A stretch of 64,000 nt of DNA from Synechococcus sp. AG-679-B05 (GCA_003210795.1 QCUJ01000005.1:3539-67538), one strand, 5' to 3'; shown: positions 50,855 to 60,981, counted from the stretch's first letter. A program made the numbers and translations. The notes: generated by a model not told the origin, from the letters alone.

Positions 50855-51154
50855 ATGGCTCGCTTCTTGATCCAGTGGTGCGCTCCTGATCCCACCAACG
50901 AGAAGTACACCCAGGCGATCGTGGATTACATCAAGGGCGGTAAGCCCATGGACGAATACACCGGATTCAAAGTCCTGGCGCGTCAAATCCACCCTCACAC
51001 CGGTGGAGGCGCGCTGTTGGTGGAAGCAGATAACCTGGCAGCAGTGCAGAAGCACACCTATCCCTGGACCAAGGGTCTTGGCGTAACGGCGACGATCATG
51101 CCGGGACTCAGCGATGAGGAGTACGTCGAACTGGAAGAGAGCATGACCAGCTGA
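50855..51154 (+). CDS. DUF3303 family protein
   Basis: FLIQW, GFKVLAR.H.PHTGGG..LVEADN..AV..H.YPW, PGLSDEE. Confidence 0.78.
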   Translation: MARFLIQWCAPDPTNEKYTQAIVDYIKGGKPMDEYTGFKVLARQIHPHTGGGALLVEADNLAAVQKHTYPWTKGLGVTATIMPGLSDEEYVELEESMTS

Positions 51155-51211
51155 GACATCCCTTCGGACAACTCGAGGTCAGATCAGACTGACCGCTGTA
51201 GCTGCTCCGCC

Positions 51212-51454
51212 ATGCCGATTCCCTGGGGTGATCACCTCGACATGGCCAGATGCGTCGAGGTGCTGGGGGAATACGACCTGAGGGAAGCCACCACCGCGAT
51301 GGGTCGATGCCTGTTCCACCTGCAGCGGGACCTGATGCTCGAAACCTGGAGAGAGCAACTGCCGACCAAGCAGTTGGTCGCGTTTGCAAATAAGGCCCCT
51401 GAAATGCAAACAATTCTGCAAACTCAGTCGGAGCAATGCCCCATAGAACCCTGA
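51212..51454 (+). CDS. Hypothetical protein
   Basis: 80-aa ATG ORF with GC-rich codon usage at the island's right end. Confidence 0.5.
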   Translation: MPIPWGDHLDMARCVEVLGEYDLREATTAMGRCLFHLQRDLMLETWREQLPTKQLVAFANKAPEMQTILQTQSEQCPIEP

Positions 51455-51488
51455 CTAGAACTGAAATCTGGCGCATTATGCAATCTGT

Positions 51489-51538
51489 CTTCTAAGCAGT
51501 CGGTCGATGGTTCGAATCCATCAGGGGGCGTTTGTCAC
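51489..51538 (+). repeat. Duplicated 3' half of tRNA-Arg (att-site direct repeat)
   Basis: CTTCTAAGCAGTCGGTCG identical to 43835-43852; then GGTTCGAATCC, CAGGGGGCG and TTGTCAC are shared. Confidence 0.93.
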
Positions 51539-51925
51539 GCCAAGGGGGACAGCCACCCCCCCTTCATTTGCACGTTGAGAAGTCTTGGAATGACTTGTGG
51601 GCTGAAACTAAACATCACCCGTGACGCATGCATGAGGGAGCAGCAGTCCCGATGAGAAACCGATACTTGTGGCTCAAGCGACAACCAACAAACGCGTGAG
51701 TAGAGCGAATGCTTGTGCTGTCAAGCCATATAGCTTCCCTTCCAACATCTGGACTATGAGCACTAAATAACCAAGTTTGACAAGCACAATCTGGTTTTTA
51801 ATTCTCAGGCCTTGTGCTTGATCTGTTTTTGATCGAAAAGGAGAATTCAGCCATCGAGCCAAACGCCATACCCTTTAAAGGCTGATCCAGACACCTCCGA
51901 CCTGCTCTTTCAAGTCATTGAGAAG

Positions 51926-52117
51926 CTAGGGGTTGATCGGCTGCTCAAGAGTATTCGCAAAGTATTCAACAAATACAAGTTCATCATCTTCATCATCGAA
52001 ATTGCAAGCCGAGGCCAAAACTCTTATCTCATCCAGTCGATCCAACAGCAGCCCAGCGGCTTGCTCGACTAACAAGATGCCGTCAAGAATCTCAGATAGA
52101 ACACAAATGTGAGACAC
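51926..52117 (-). CDS. Small acidic hypothetical protein
   Basis: 63-aa ORF with protein-like helical and acidic composition. Confidence 0.35.
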   Translation of the reverse strand: MSHICVLSEILDGILLVEQAAGLLLDRLDEIRVLASACNFDDEDDELVFVEYFANTLEQPINP

Positions 52118-53117
52118 AATTCATCTTCTGGACGAGTTAGCGCCCTTCAGAATATCTGCTACATACGCTTGACCAAAAAAGGCGGCCGGCCAAATAAATC
52201 AGACACACTGGAATTTCTATTCAAACAGAAGCATAAATGGATACAAGCACCTGTCCTACATGAAGCGGTTCAAGCCAGAGATGGAGCCATGATGAATTAG
52301 TTGTCCACAAATAATGCTGGAATTATTCTTATCGCCATTGATTATCTGGTGTTTTATCACCCTTTATCGAGAACGATGGCCAGATGCTAAGAAATAAAAA
52401 TCGAAACTTGTTTCGACTATAAAAGCTCAACACTTACCGTAGTGCACTCTCAAGCCACGGAATAGATTGAGCCATCTGTGCCAAGCTCAAGAGCATCGAA
52501 CGACCCATTCCACAGAAAATTTGGCAATGCGCTGCCAAATGTTTTAAGTATCTTACCAACGGCAGCTACAGGATGCGGTCTGTACGACCAAGAAAACATC
52601 AGCATACGACCGAGTAATCGCAATCGCCCTAAACCCATATCAGAATCAGCAGTGATTGAGGCCACAGCAGCATTTAAGGAAACGCCTACCAATGGCATGT
52701 GCACGGCTATCCAGAACATTTAGTGCTTCCACTTTGTGTTGCACATTGATGACAGACCGTGGATTGATGAACTGAAAGTTCACAGGCAACGATCACCGGA
52801 AAGGCGTGAGACCGCAGCTGCTTCTCATAGGTGCTTGCCTTGGGACAAACTAACTTTCAGGGTTCACAATGGCGCACAGCCCAGGATTCGAGTTGGTTTA
52901 AAGCAGAAACAAGAAGAAGACGATCCAAGTGGTCCCAATGAGGAATAACTTGTCCGAGCTCTTCTCAAAATCGAAAAGATCGTATGGTTCAGGGATCATT
53001 ACGTTAACCGAAGGCACAGACAATCTAGTGGATTTCGCAATTGCATTGCTTGCTCTATGCCGCACCCATTCAGCCGCTACTAACAGCCCATACGTCTTGA
53101 TGCGACTAGCTTTCGCC

Positions 53118-53486
53118 CTAGTCGATGCCTGGGGTTGTTCTTTCAGACACCCTCTGCTGCATCAGTTGTTTGAGAGTTGCATCCAGTGCTGTATCGATAT
53201 TGCTGTGGTCTTCCAGAAACAAACGCAGGTATCCCCCGAAAGTTGAAGCTGCATATTGACTCGCTTCAGACAAACCAAAATTAGATCGATACCCTTTTTG
53301 AAAAAGGTCGTAAGTCTTTTTGAACTTTGCTGCCAATGTCTTATCAGCAGAAACTTGTTGCTGATACGTCTCGAAGTTTTTCAAATCCCTGTCATGAACT
53401 GCCCACTCTGCCTCCCACGTCCCAAAAGGATCAAAAGGAAGACTGCGATCTTCAGCAGTCGTGAGGCGATTATTGAAAGCAGTCAT
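53118..53486 (-). CDS. Hypothetical protein (possibly a fragment of a larger gene)
   Basis: 122-aa ATG ORF with protein-like composition. Confidence 0.5.
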   Translation of the reverse strand: MTAFNNRLTTAEDRSLPFDPFGTWEAEWAVHDRDLKNFETYQQQVSADKTLAAKFKKTYDLFQKGYRSNFGLSEASQYAASTFGGYLRLFLEDHSNIDTALDATLKQLMQQRVSERTTPGID

Positions 53487-53809
53487 GGTCTCAAGCCGAA
53501 TCCCAGCAAGGGTGAGACATCAGCCCAAAAACTGCAATTCATTCGATACCGAAGAACCAATCAAACCCGAGTCGCTATGGATTTTCCTAGACAAAAATCG
53601 ATCGCGTAATGGTTCAGCAGTGCCAATTGCTCCCTTTTGGGGGATTGATCCGGTTCAGGATTGATGACAGCTCAACCGCAGCACTCCAGAACGGCACAGT
53701 GAATGAGCAGCGACTGTCCACCTGGTGTCTTTTGTCCAGTTCGAGTCGTCGAAGAACCTGACATCTCCCTTCGCTGTCGCCAAGCTTGAGCGGAGTTCAA
53801 CCAGCCTTG

Positions 53810-54331
53810 ATGAGCGATCTGATCCTGATCGGTTTTCCCAAAGTGGAGGAAGCTGAACAGGTAGGTCGTGAGTTAGTCACGATTCAGCAGCAGCACTTGA
53901 TTGCACTTGAGGATGCGTGTGTTCTGGAACATGGCGAGGATGGCCATGTTCATTTGAAGCAAGCGATCAACCTTGCCGCAGCAGGGGCTGCCAGCGGCAG
54001 TTTCTGGGGGATGTTGATTGGTCTGCTATTCCTGAATCCTCTTGTGGGCTTGGCCGTAGGGGCTGGAACCGGAGCGGCATCAGGTGCATTGAGCGATATC
54101 GGCATCAACGATCAGTTCCTCAAGGAACTGGGTGAAACCCTGCCAAAAGGCAGTGCGGCTTTGGCACTACTCGTGCGTGAGGGAACCCCCGATCGTGTGG
54201 TGGAAAGTTTGCGAAGTCACGCGCCCAATGCCCGGCTGGTCAAGACCAGCCTCAGCCACGTTGATGAGGACAAATTGTGTGATCTGATCAAAACATCCGC
54301 TGAACAAGCCAAAGCCCTCCGTCTCGCCTGA
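53810..54331 (+). CDS. DUF1269 family glycine-zipper membrane protein
   Basis: MSDLILIGF, LEDA, GAASGSFWGMLIGLLFLNP, LSDIGINDQF, TSLS. Confidence 0.88.
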   Translation: MSDLILIGFPKVEEAEQVGRELVTIQQQHLIALEDACVLEHGEDGHVHLKQAINLAAAGAASGSFWGMLIGLLFLNPLVGLAVGAGTGAASGALSDIGINDQFLKELGETLPKGSAALALLVREGTPDRVVESLRSHAPNARLVKTSLSHVDEDKLCDLIKTSAEQAKALRLA

Positions 54332-54450
54332 CGAAAGTAGGAGCCAGCACCAACAAGCGTTTGACGCCCTCAAACTGCTTCGTACCCGTAGGCAGTCCTC
54401 CCGTTCAAAATCATGAACAGCAGGATTAGCCAACCTGTCGAAGGGCGTGT

Positions 54451-54705
54451 TCAGCTCCCTTTAACGGCTTCCTGTTCAGGGACCCAACCGGCATCAACCA
54501 AGGCATCTCCAGTAATCACATCGTTATCACCAGTGGTTGATGCCATCGCAAGCCTCCATTCCAACTCCTTGGCAGCCTTAACACAATCATCAGCGCGTGA
54601 TCGGTATCCATGAGATCTGAAATAATCAGCCCTTACATGCTCCCATTTGATCGCATATTCGAAATCCTGCCTGGATGACAATCGCACTTTTCGAGATAGG
54701 CTCAT
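54451..54705 (-). CDS. Hypothetical protein
   Basis: 84-aa ORF MSLSRKVRLSSRQDFEYAIKWEH... Confidence 0.5.
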   Translation of the reverse strand: MSLSRKVRLSSRQDFEYAIKWEHVRADYFRSHGYRSRADDCVKAAKELEWRLAMASTTGDNDVITGDALVDAGWVPEQEAVKGS

Positions 54706-55294
54706 GCGGATCAGTTCACGTGCAATCACATTAATTACCGGTCAATACGATCAGGGAAATAAAGTCGCATAGCGTTTTCGTATAGACCGAACAACTGTTT
54801 TTCTTTATCTTTCTGGCCAATTCAGGCACTCACCTGCGTGAACAAAAATCAATAAAAGAGCATCAACTTAGGCCAATGATTCAGCTCGAGGCCATCAAAG
54901 CCAAGCTCTGAGAATGAGGCATGGAAGCCAGCCCCTCGGGCAAAAGCACTGCTTAAACGGATTTTTTATTTTCCTCAGAGTATTCAGCTGTGTTGCGCAG
55001 ATGGTCGAATGGCATGAATTTGCCTAAAAACAGCACGCAGCAATCGTAAAATCGTAACCATTTAAAATACTGGCATTTCGGATTCCCTTTAGATTCCTTC
55101 GGGCCCTGCTGCTGGGTTCCGACTTTTTTCCAATGGCACAAAAAAAGAGAGATTTTGCTCTGCTTGGTGGAACGTTTCTATTCGGATTAGAAGCAATAGA
55201 ACTTGTATTGAGGATGGATGGACTCTAGGCAAGCAAATTGATTTGAAAACTCAAATATTGCCGGATTGATCGGAACTTTTTTTGTTCTCCCAGC

Positions 55295-55355
55295 AAAAAA
55301 CCGCCCACGAAGGAGCGGTTACTTGATGCCGAACAATCCCCATCACCCGACCAAA
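55295..55355 (-). ncRNA. Candidate small RNA / orphan terminator
   Basis: Minus strand AACCGCTCC-TTC-GTGGGCGG-T6 preceded by a ~35-nt G-rich segment and an AT-rich promoter-like stretch; no ORF upstream. Confidence 0.35.
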
Positions 55356-55940
55356 ATCACTACTATTAAGTTGTGATGTGCAGATGGTACATCAAGTTCC
55401 TCAACGATGTCTGCTATCTACTGATTCGCTTCCAGCAGCAGTAAAGGAATCGCAACCATATTGAGTAGTATCAAGTGAACCACTATCGGCAGGGTCGAAT
55501 TAGCTATAGATTGGTTTCCCCCATCACCCAGCCTGTCGCTTGCGACAGGTTTTTTTGTGTCCAGAAGCCAGCTTCAGGCAAAAAATCTGAACACGAAGGG
55601 TTATTGATCCAAACCACTTGTGGATTGAAAGCTAATGACCAGCAGAATCAGCCCTGGTATCGCACTCAACACCAATCCAATCTTCACCAGCATCAATCCC
55701 CACATCTTCAGCAACGGTTAATGAGCAAGGACAACATCAGACCGCAACACGATTAAGGCTGAATAGGCCAAAACAATTCACTCGATAAAAGCATGCTAGA
55801 AGACTTGATGTCTTAAAATAAATCCAAAAACGATACAAGGTTGAAAACAATAACCAAGCGGCGGAGCACATAGCGGCGACGAACTCAACCAAGAAGAGAA
55901 TAACCACTGCGAACTGATCAATTCAACAGCAGAATAGAAG

Positions 55941-55955
55941 TGATAATTATTTTCA
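55941..55955. promoter_or_regulatory. Zur/Fur-family 7-1-7 operator TGATAAT-T-ATTTTCA
   Basis: One mismatch from the cyanobacterial Zur consensus TGATAATnATTATCA; ~90 bp upstream of the metallothionein gene. Confidence 0.75.
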
Positions 55956-56042
55956 TTATTTGACTAAATGTGCAACTCTCAGGCGTTTTTCAGGCACTAG
56001 ATATCTGTTGACTGCTATGAGTAGCTGAGTTTCAAAAAACTG

Positions 56043-56219
56043 ATGACGACGACAATCGTGAAGTGTGCCTGCCCCAGCTGCAGCTGCGACGCAAGCGGTT
56101 CATCAGCCGTGTTTAAAAACAGTCAAAGCTTTTGTTCAGATGCCTGTGCAAACGGTCATCCCAACAATGAGCCTTGTCATGACGCTGATGGCGCCTGTGG
56201 CTGGATATGTGGTTCGTGA
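56043..56219 (+). CDS. bmtA: Bacterial metallothionein SmtA/BmtA (58 aa, absent from ORF track)
   Basis: Manual translation MTTTIVKCACPSCSCDASGSSAVFKNSQSFCSDACANGHPNNEPCHDADGACGWICGS; CxCxxCxC...FCSDACxxxH pattern. Confidence 0.92.
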   Translation: MTTTIVKCACPSCSCDASGSSAVFKNSQSFCSDACANGHPNNEPCHDADGACGWICGS

Positions 56220-56805
56220 CCTCATACGCCCCAAAGGACAGAGGGCACCTCAACTGGCGACTGATGTGATTCCATAGAGACAAACCAGGATTATGACCCT
56301 GAGCGTTTTCTCTGATCCCTTGAAAGCGATCAACTACAAACCGAGAAGTGCATGATTAGTCGCTGAGCTCCACAGGAATAGAGTGGTCTTGGTCATCATT
56401 CATAGCACTACAGGGAATGAGTCAATCCTGCCTATATCATTTGTTCTCATGTAAACAAGAATAGAAAGATAACTACAGCCGCTATTTAGTTTGCTAATCA
56501 CAAAAAAACCACGAATTATTGATGGCTGTTGCCATAAACCATATAGATGTACCAAAGCGTTCAGAGGTTTACTCACCAATGTCTATCTGAATCGCCAAAG
56601 CGTCTTACAAGCTGCTGCTCTCAACCTCTGCAGAAAAATCCCATGGTTTCTCTTTCTCTTTCTGCTTACGCCTCAGCCAAGCATCGAAGCTGTCTTCATC
56701 TTGATGCTCAACGATTGGATGGTCAGCTGGATAAATGCCCATAAAGGGATTGTAGAGATTTTTGCTGGCGACACAAAAATCGTTACGAGCCTTCAGAGAC
56801 GAGTC

Positions 56806-56943
56806 TCAAACAGGGATTTCAGCTTCGATGTCCCAACCCTGTTCCCTGAGCTGTTCCACTCTCGTGGGAGCGTCCTGAGAGGACACGTCAACAAGGTAAA
56901 ACTCGTCTGATTGGTTGCAGTAGATCCGAGTGAGACCGATCAC
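56806..56943 (-). CDS. Small hypothetical protein
   Basis: GTG-start MIGLTRIYCNQSDEFYLVDVSSQDAPTRVEQLREQGWDIEAEIPV. Confidence 0.55.
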   Translation of the reverse strand: MIGLTRIYCNQSDEFYLVDVSSQDAPTRVEQLREQGWDIEAEIPV

Positions 56944-57406
56944 GGCGAAAGGCTTCAAATCGTCTAACCATCTTGGTACGGCAAACCAATTTCGGCATCG
57001 GTGATTGCACTCAACCATGTCCAGCAACCCAGTCGTTCAGATTTTGATGAGTCACCTATGGCGTGTATAGGGCAGCATCCAGATCAAAACAACATCGGAA
57101 CAATGGTCTTGATAGCCATCGGCGTTACACCACTGTTTTGGGAAGGCCCTTGGACGGTCTCAGACACGGATGTGTGCATGAAAGCTTTCTCTCAGTCCTT
57201 GGAACGACAGCCAAGAGAAAGCGCATTACTCTGAATGGTGAAGCAAGAGTTCTCTCAGCAAAGCAGCCGCGATGTTCTGCCTGTTGTGTAGAGAACGTTG
57301 GCAAAGGAAAAAATAGGGACTTGGATCAGTGTCTAGCTCTGAAAGAAATCTTGAACCTGTTTTAAGGATAAGTGAGAGAAAATCTCCCCCCAACGGAAAA
57401 GATACC

Positions 57407-57622
57407 TTATGTGCCAGACAACGGTCTGTCCGAAAACGAATGATGTAAAAGGTCTGCAATAAAGCGCCGACCAGCTTTCTGGGCTTCTCTGACTGTTTTG
57501 AAATTGCCTACAAAATCGTACTTGCTGCCATCAACAGTCGCAGAAACCGCGTATAAATTCTGGCTCACTTTTTGGACACTCCAGCGCAGGAAGCAGACTG
57601 GAGAGCTCACTGAAGAATTCAT
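57407..57622 (-). CDS. Small hypothetical protein
   Basis: 71-aa ORF with a beta-beta-beta-alpha-like pattern (FVGNFKTVREAQKAG). Confidence 0.55.
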   Translation of the reverse strand: MNSSVSSPVCFLRWSVQKVSQNLYAVSATVDGSKYDFVGNFKTVREAQKAGRRFIADLLHHSFSDRPLSGT

Positions 57623-58269
57623 AGGACTCACTGCTTGGGGGATAAACCATATGCTTATCCAGGGCGGATAGGCAGACAAGGTTATTATTTCGCAAATAAG
57701 TATTTATTTTTTATTCATCTTTCCAGCCCTGCGCTTGGTGCTGCCATGCAGTGAACAGCATTTCACAGCAGCAGGAACATAGAACTCGTTGAAGCTAATT
57801 CCTATGCAGACGAGGAATGCAAAAAACAACAAAAGGGGCTGACTTTAAAAGCAGGGCAAACGACCAATCTCGTCTATATACCAAATAAAAAGGCAGAAAA
57901 AATCTCTACAAACGCAAGCTCGGCAGCACGACTGCGTCATACAGCATCAAATAATGAGGATTGATTCCAGACCTGCAAGAAGCTGAAACTGAATGCATTG
58001 AATTACCAATGCAGGTCATCAGAGCGAATGGCAATCAAGGCTGCATAGGCTGATCCATTAGATTCCAGGATGACAGGCATCACCCGCCGATAAGTGGGCA
58101 ATCAAGGCTCTCCATATGCTGCCGTGAAGCAACGGGGACCAACAAAAACTGCTCACACTGAACTCAAAAGCAAAGCCATAATGAATCCAACTACAAATGC
58201 GTCACGTTTTGATGGCGGCCGTTTATCAATTTCGTGAGAAAGTAGGTGCGGCAAACCACCCAAGTTCCA

Positions 58270-58542
58270 ATGACCTTTTTGATGCACTGGTCTTTCAAAA
58301 CCGGATATCACGAAATTGCTGCGAGGAAATTCCTTGCGACTGGTGCTCCTTTCCCTGAGTGCAAATCATGGAAACGTTTCCATGGACCTGGCTCTGTTGA
58401 GGGTTGGATTTTGGTCGAAGCAGATAGTGCCGATGCTTGTTATGAGCATGCTGCTGAGTGGGCGGAATGCCTGGATTGGGAAGTCACTCCAGTTCTGACT
58501 GATGAACAGGCTGGTCCCATAATGGCCAAGGTCTACAACTGA
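58270..58542 (+). CDS. DUF3303 family protein (second, divergent copy)
   Basis: FLMHWSFK, FLATGAP, RFHGPGS..GWILVEAD, HAAEW, TPVLTDEQAG. Confidence 0.85.
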   Translation: MTFLMHWSFKTGYHEIAARKFLATGAPFPECKSWKRFHGPGSVEGWILVEADSADACYEHAAEWAECLDWEVTPVLTDEQAGPIMAKVYN

Positions 58543-58547
58543 AACTC

Positions 58548-58573
58548 AAGCGTTCCTAAGGGAGCGCTTTTTT
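58548..58573 (+). terminator. Intrinsic terminator
   Basis: AAGCGTTCC-TAAG-GGAGCGCTT followed by a T-tract, just after the DUF3303 stop. Confidence 0.75.
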
Positions 58574-58585
58574 CAACGATTGCCT

Positions 58586-58840
58586 CTAAGAGACACCTAT
58601 GACAGAAATTAAGTCCTCAAGCTCATCAATCTGAATTGGATTTCTTTCACGATCATCGACAAAAGTAATCTCGTAACCATCCCAATTGCTTACAATATCC
58701 AATTCATAGAGGTTACCGTTCAGAAACATCCTGACGTTGATACCCCAATCCGTGTTCTGAACCAATAGGGACTCCACCTTATCGTTCTGGAGGTTCTCCA
58801 GCTGAGATCGAATGATCTCCTCTTTTTGCTTATCGTTCAT
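58586..58840 (-). CDS. Hypothetical protein
   Basis: 84-aa acidic ORF converging on the terminator. Confidence 0.65.
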   Translation of the reverse strand: MNDKQKEEIIRSQLENLQNDKVESLLVQNTDWGINVRMFLNGNLYELDIVSNWDGYEITFVDDRERNPIQIDELEDLISVIGVS

Positions 58841-59348
58841 TAAAGCCAAAATTCAATTCACATCTAAATCTTAAGGGCATTGTCTAGAGACTCTTGAGCC
58901 TTTTCAAACATCCATGATTTTAGGGCTTACAGCAGTGAGCTACGTTTTCTAGAACTGAAGCGGGGCTCTATCAAAAGTGTTGAACGTTGGCCGCGAGTGG
59001 ATGGCGAAACCTCACACAAACGATTGAGTGAGTCAGCAACCAAAAAGACTTGGGAACCGAATCAAATGGCATACTCAGGCAAACCAGACGTGATCAAAAC
59101 TATGTTCTGCGAATTCTGTCATCTTTTTTAAATTCAAGAAATAATGCCCTTGCATCGCGACGACGATTATCTTCGGTTAAGTATTTAATTCTATTTTTCC
59201 ACCACACACCAAGTGCTTCATTACGACACAAGGCATCAAAACTATCCATTTAGAAACTCGAATATAGATTTTCGCAAAGCATGGGAAGAAGCAAAGGCCT
59301 GGCTGGCGGCCAACAGAAAAAAAGTCAAGACGTTACTCTTTAGTTCAT

Positions 59349-59555
59349 TCATGGAAGTGTTGGCTTGATGCCCTTAAAGCTAACAACTAAAAATTCTTTT
59401 TCGACAATTTTTCCATTCTCGTCGAAAAGTTCAGGATGAACCGTCACTAATCCAGTTCTGTCGTGGGGTCTTGCATTCTCTCGTAGGGATCTGAGTCCCT
59501 GGTAAAGCACATAACCCAGGAAAACCGTGTAAGCAACAAAATTAAGAGTATTCAC
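59349..59555 (-). CDS. DUF2973-like small membrane protein
   Basis: N-terminal TM helix then DRTGLVTVHPELFDENG..E.LVV.F. Confidence 0.72.
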   Translation of the reverse strand: MNTLNFVAYTVFLGYVLYQGLRSLRENARPHDRTGLVTVHPELFDENGKIVEKEFLVVSFKGIKPTLP

Positions 59556-59826
59556 TCAATAAATTCAACAGCCCCAAGAAACTACTGAAGCAAGCCTGGA
59601 CACTGCAGAACCAATTATTTCGTCGGCGACATGCAAATTTTACATTTTTTTAATAATGAGCTTGAGCGCCTATTCTTCCAGAAGCCCCAATCACAGGACG
59701 CATTGACAAATACATATATGCATAGAAGCAAAGATGATATTAACTCGAACTTAGTAAAATTCGACACAATCTCAGCCCCTGATTCCTAAGGGGGCCTGAG
59801 AAAATGCACTGTCTAACTGTTGAAGC

Positions 59827-60111
59827 ATGATTCAATTTTTACTAAAATTATTTAATTTTTTACGCCGAATTGCACTCGATTATCTAAGTAGAGATCGATG
59901 GTTCCTCATTTTAGATCCAACTTCGCAAGAGGTACCTGATTATTCTTACTGGGCCGAGGATGATAAACAAGCTGTTGATAAAAGAGCCCGCGATTATGAA
60001 AGAAGAAACCAGAAGTTCACTAAAAATTTAAGCTTGCATGAAGCATGGGCGATTCTAAATCCTTTATCAATTATTCAATTTATAAGATATTCCCTGTCAG
60101 ATATCATCTAA
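59827..60111 (+). CDS. Hypothetical protein
   Basis: 94-aa ATG ORF in AT-rich DNA. Confidence 0.5.
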   Translation: MIQFLLKLFNFLRRIALDYLSRDRWFLILDPTSQEVPDYSYWAEDDKQAVDKRARDYERRNQKFTKNLSLHEAWAILNPLSIIQFIRYSLSDII

Positions 60112-60318
60112 TTGAACGAAATAAAAAATCCACTTTCCTAGGACAACTCGGATCAAACGAGCTGCTGTGACTGCACTAAAAACACAATCAAACCACAAAC
60201 TAAATGCGATAAATTGTATAACCAATACCTTTTCAGGCGATCTTTTAGCAAGAAAACCCGTTCCACTGCCAAGCAGGCCATCACAAATAAGCTAAATTAG
60301 CTTTAAAAGTAAATTACC

Positions 60319-60627
60319 TTGAAAAAGCCATCTTTATTGACAATCGAAAAATTCCTAACAAGCAAACTACTTTCAAATAACAGACTTTGGCTTGCAATAG
60401 GAATATTGAGTCCAGTAATTTACACCATTTCATTGATTGCTAGCAAGGTCAACATTGGCAGCCTCTTTTTAGCTGTTTTGCCGGCAGTCTTTGTTTCTTC
60501 ATGCGCAATACTGGCATTTCGCGACAATTATGAAGAAGCCCTATTTTACAAGGAAGTTGAAAAAACGTCGTACCTACCCTCGCTATATAACTGGAGCTCG
60601 GAACAAGATTTAGATAGATTCAGGTAA
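60319..60627 (+). CDS. Hypothetical 2-TM membrane protein
   Basis: 102-aa ORF with two hydrophobic segments. Confidence 0.5.
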   Translation: MKKPSLLTIEKFLTSKLLSNNRLWLAIGILSPVIYTISLIASKVNIGSLFLAVLPAVFVSSCAILAFRDNYEEALFYKEVEKTSYLPSLYNWSSEQDLDRFR

Positions 60628-60846
60628 TCAATGGCAAGCAATATTGATTTATAACTTTCACGTTTCAGGAAACATCAAAGGCTTTGAAACTTTTCTCAGA
60701 TTGGTACGAACAAATTCAATCGAGGCCGATATTATGCGAAACAACGGGGAATCCTTAAAAGAAGCGTCCTTCCATTGGCATGCTCAACTGAAATAACTGT
60801 ACTTGCTGCCCTCGAGAGGTGATCTTTAAAAAGAATTGGTTTGGTC

Positions 60847-60981
60847 TCAGCGACGCAGCAGGCGGAAAATGACCCAGACCGCCGCAATCGCAAGAATCCA
60901 ATACAGCCAGGTCAACTGCGGCACAGCCCATGCGATCACCAGGCCGACCACAAACAACACCAGAAAACGTCCAAGGGTCAT
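60847..60981 (-). CDS. Small membrane protein (44 aa, absent from ORF track)
   Basis: MTLGRFLVLFVVGLVIAWAVPQLTWLYWILAIAAVWVIFRLLRR; starts 3 nt after the upstream stop. Confidence 0.6.
   Translation of the reverse strand: MTLGRFLVLFVVGLVIAWAVPQLTWLYWILAIAAVWVIFRLLRR

Larger units (their letters stand above)
43835..51538. mobile_element. tRNA-Arg-anchored genomic island (tycheposon/satellite-like, no integrase seen)
   Basis: Bounded by the tRNA 3' half (43835-43884) and its imperfect direct repeat (51489-51538); AT-richer; small cargo ORFs; TerS-like paralogs. Confidence 0.85.

Noticed and set aside
51485-51530. Second functional tRNA-Arg
   Set aside because: No 5' acceptor strand or D-arm; only the 3' half is present.
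55370-55395. Possible NtcA or CRP site
   Set aside because: Spacing fits neither GTA-N8-TAC nor TGTGA-N6-TCACA.
56065-56277. 70-aa ORF from the track
   Set aside because: Alternative frame overlapping the metallothionein at 56043-56219.
57720-58050. Stop-interrupted reading frame that might be a decayed gene (similar fragments at 52450-53100 and 56640-56800)
   Set aside because: No family recognisable by eye; cannot be supported without a translated search.
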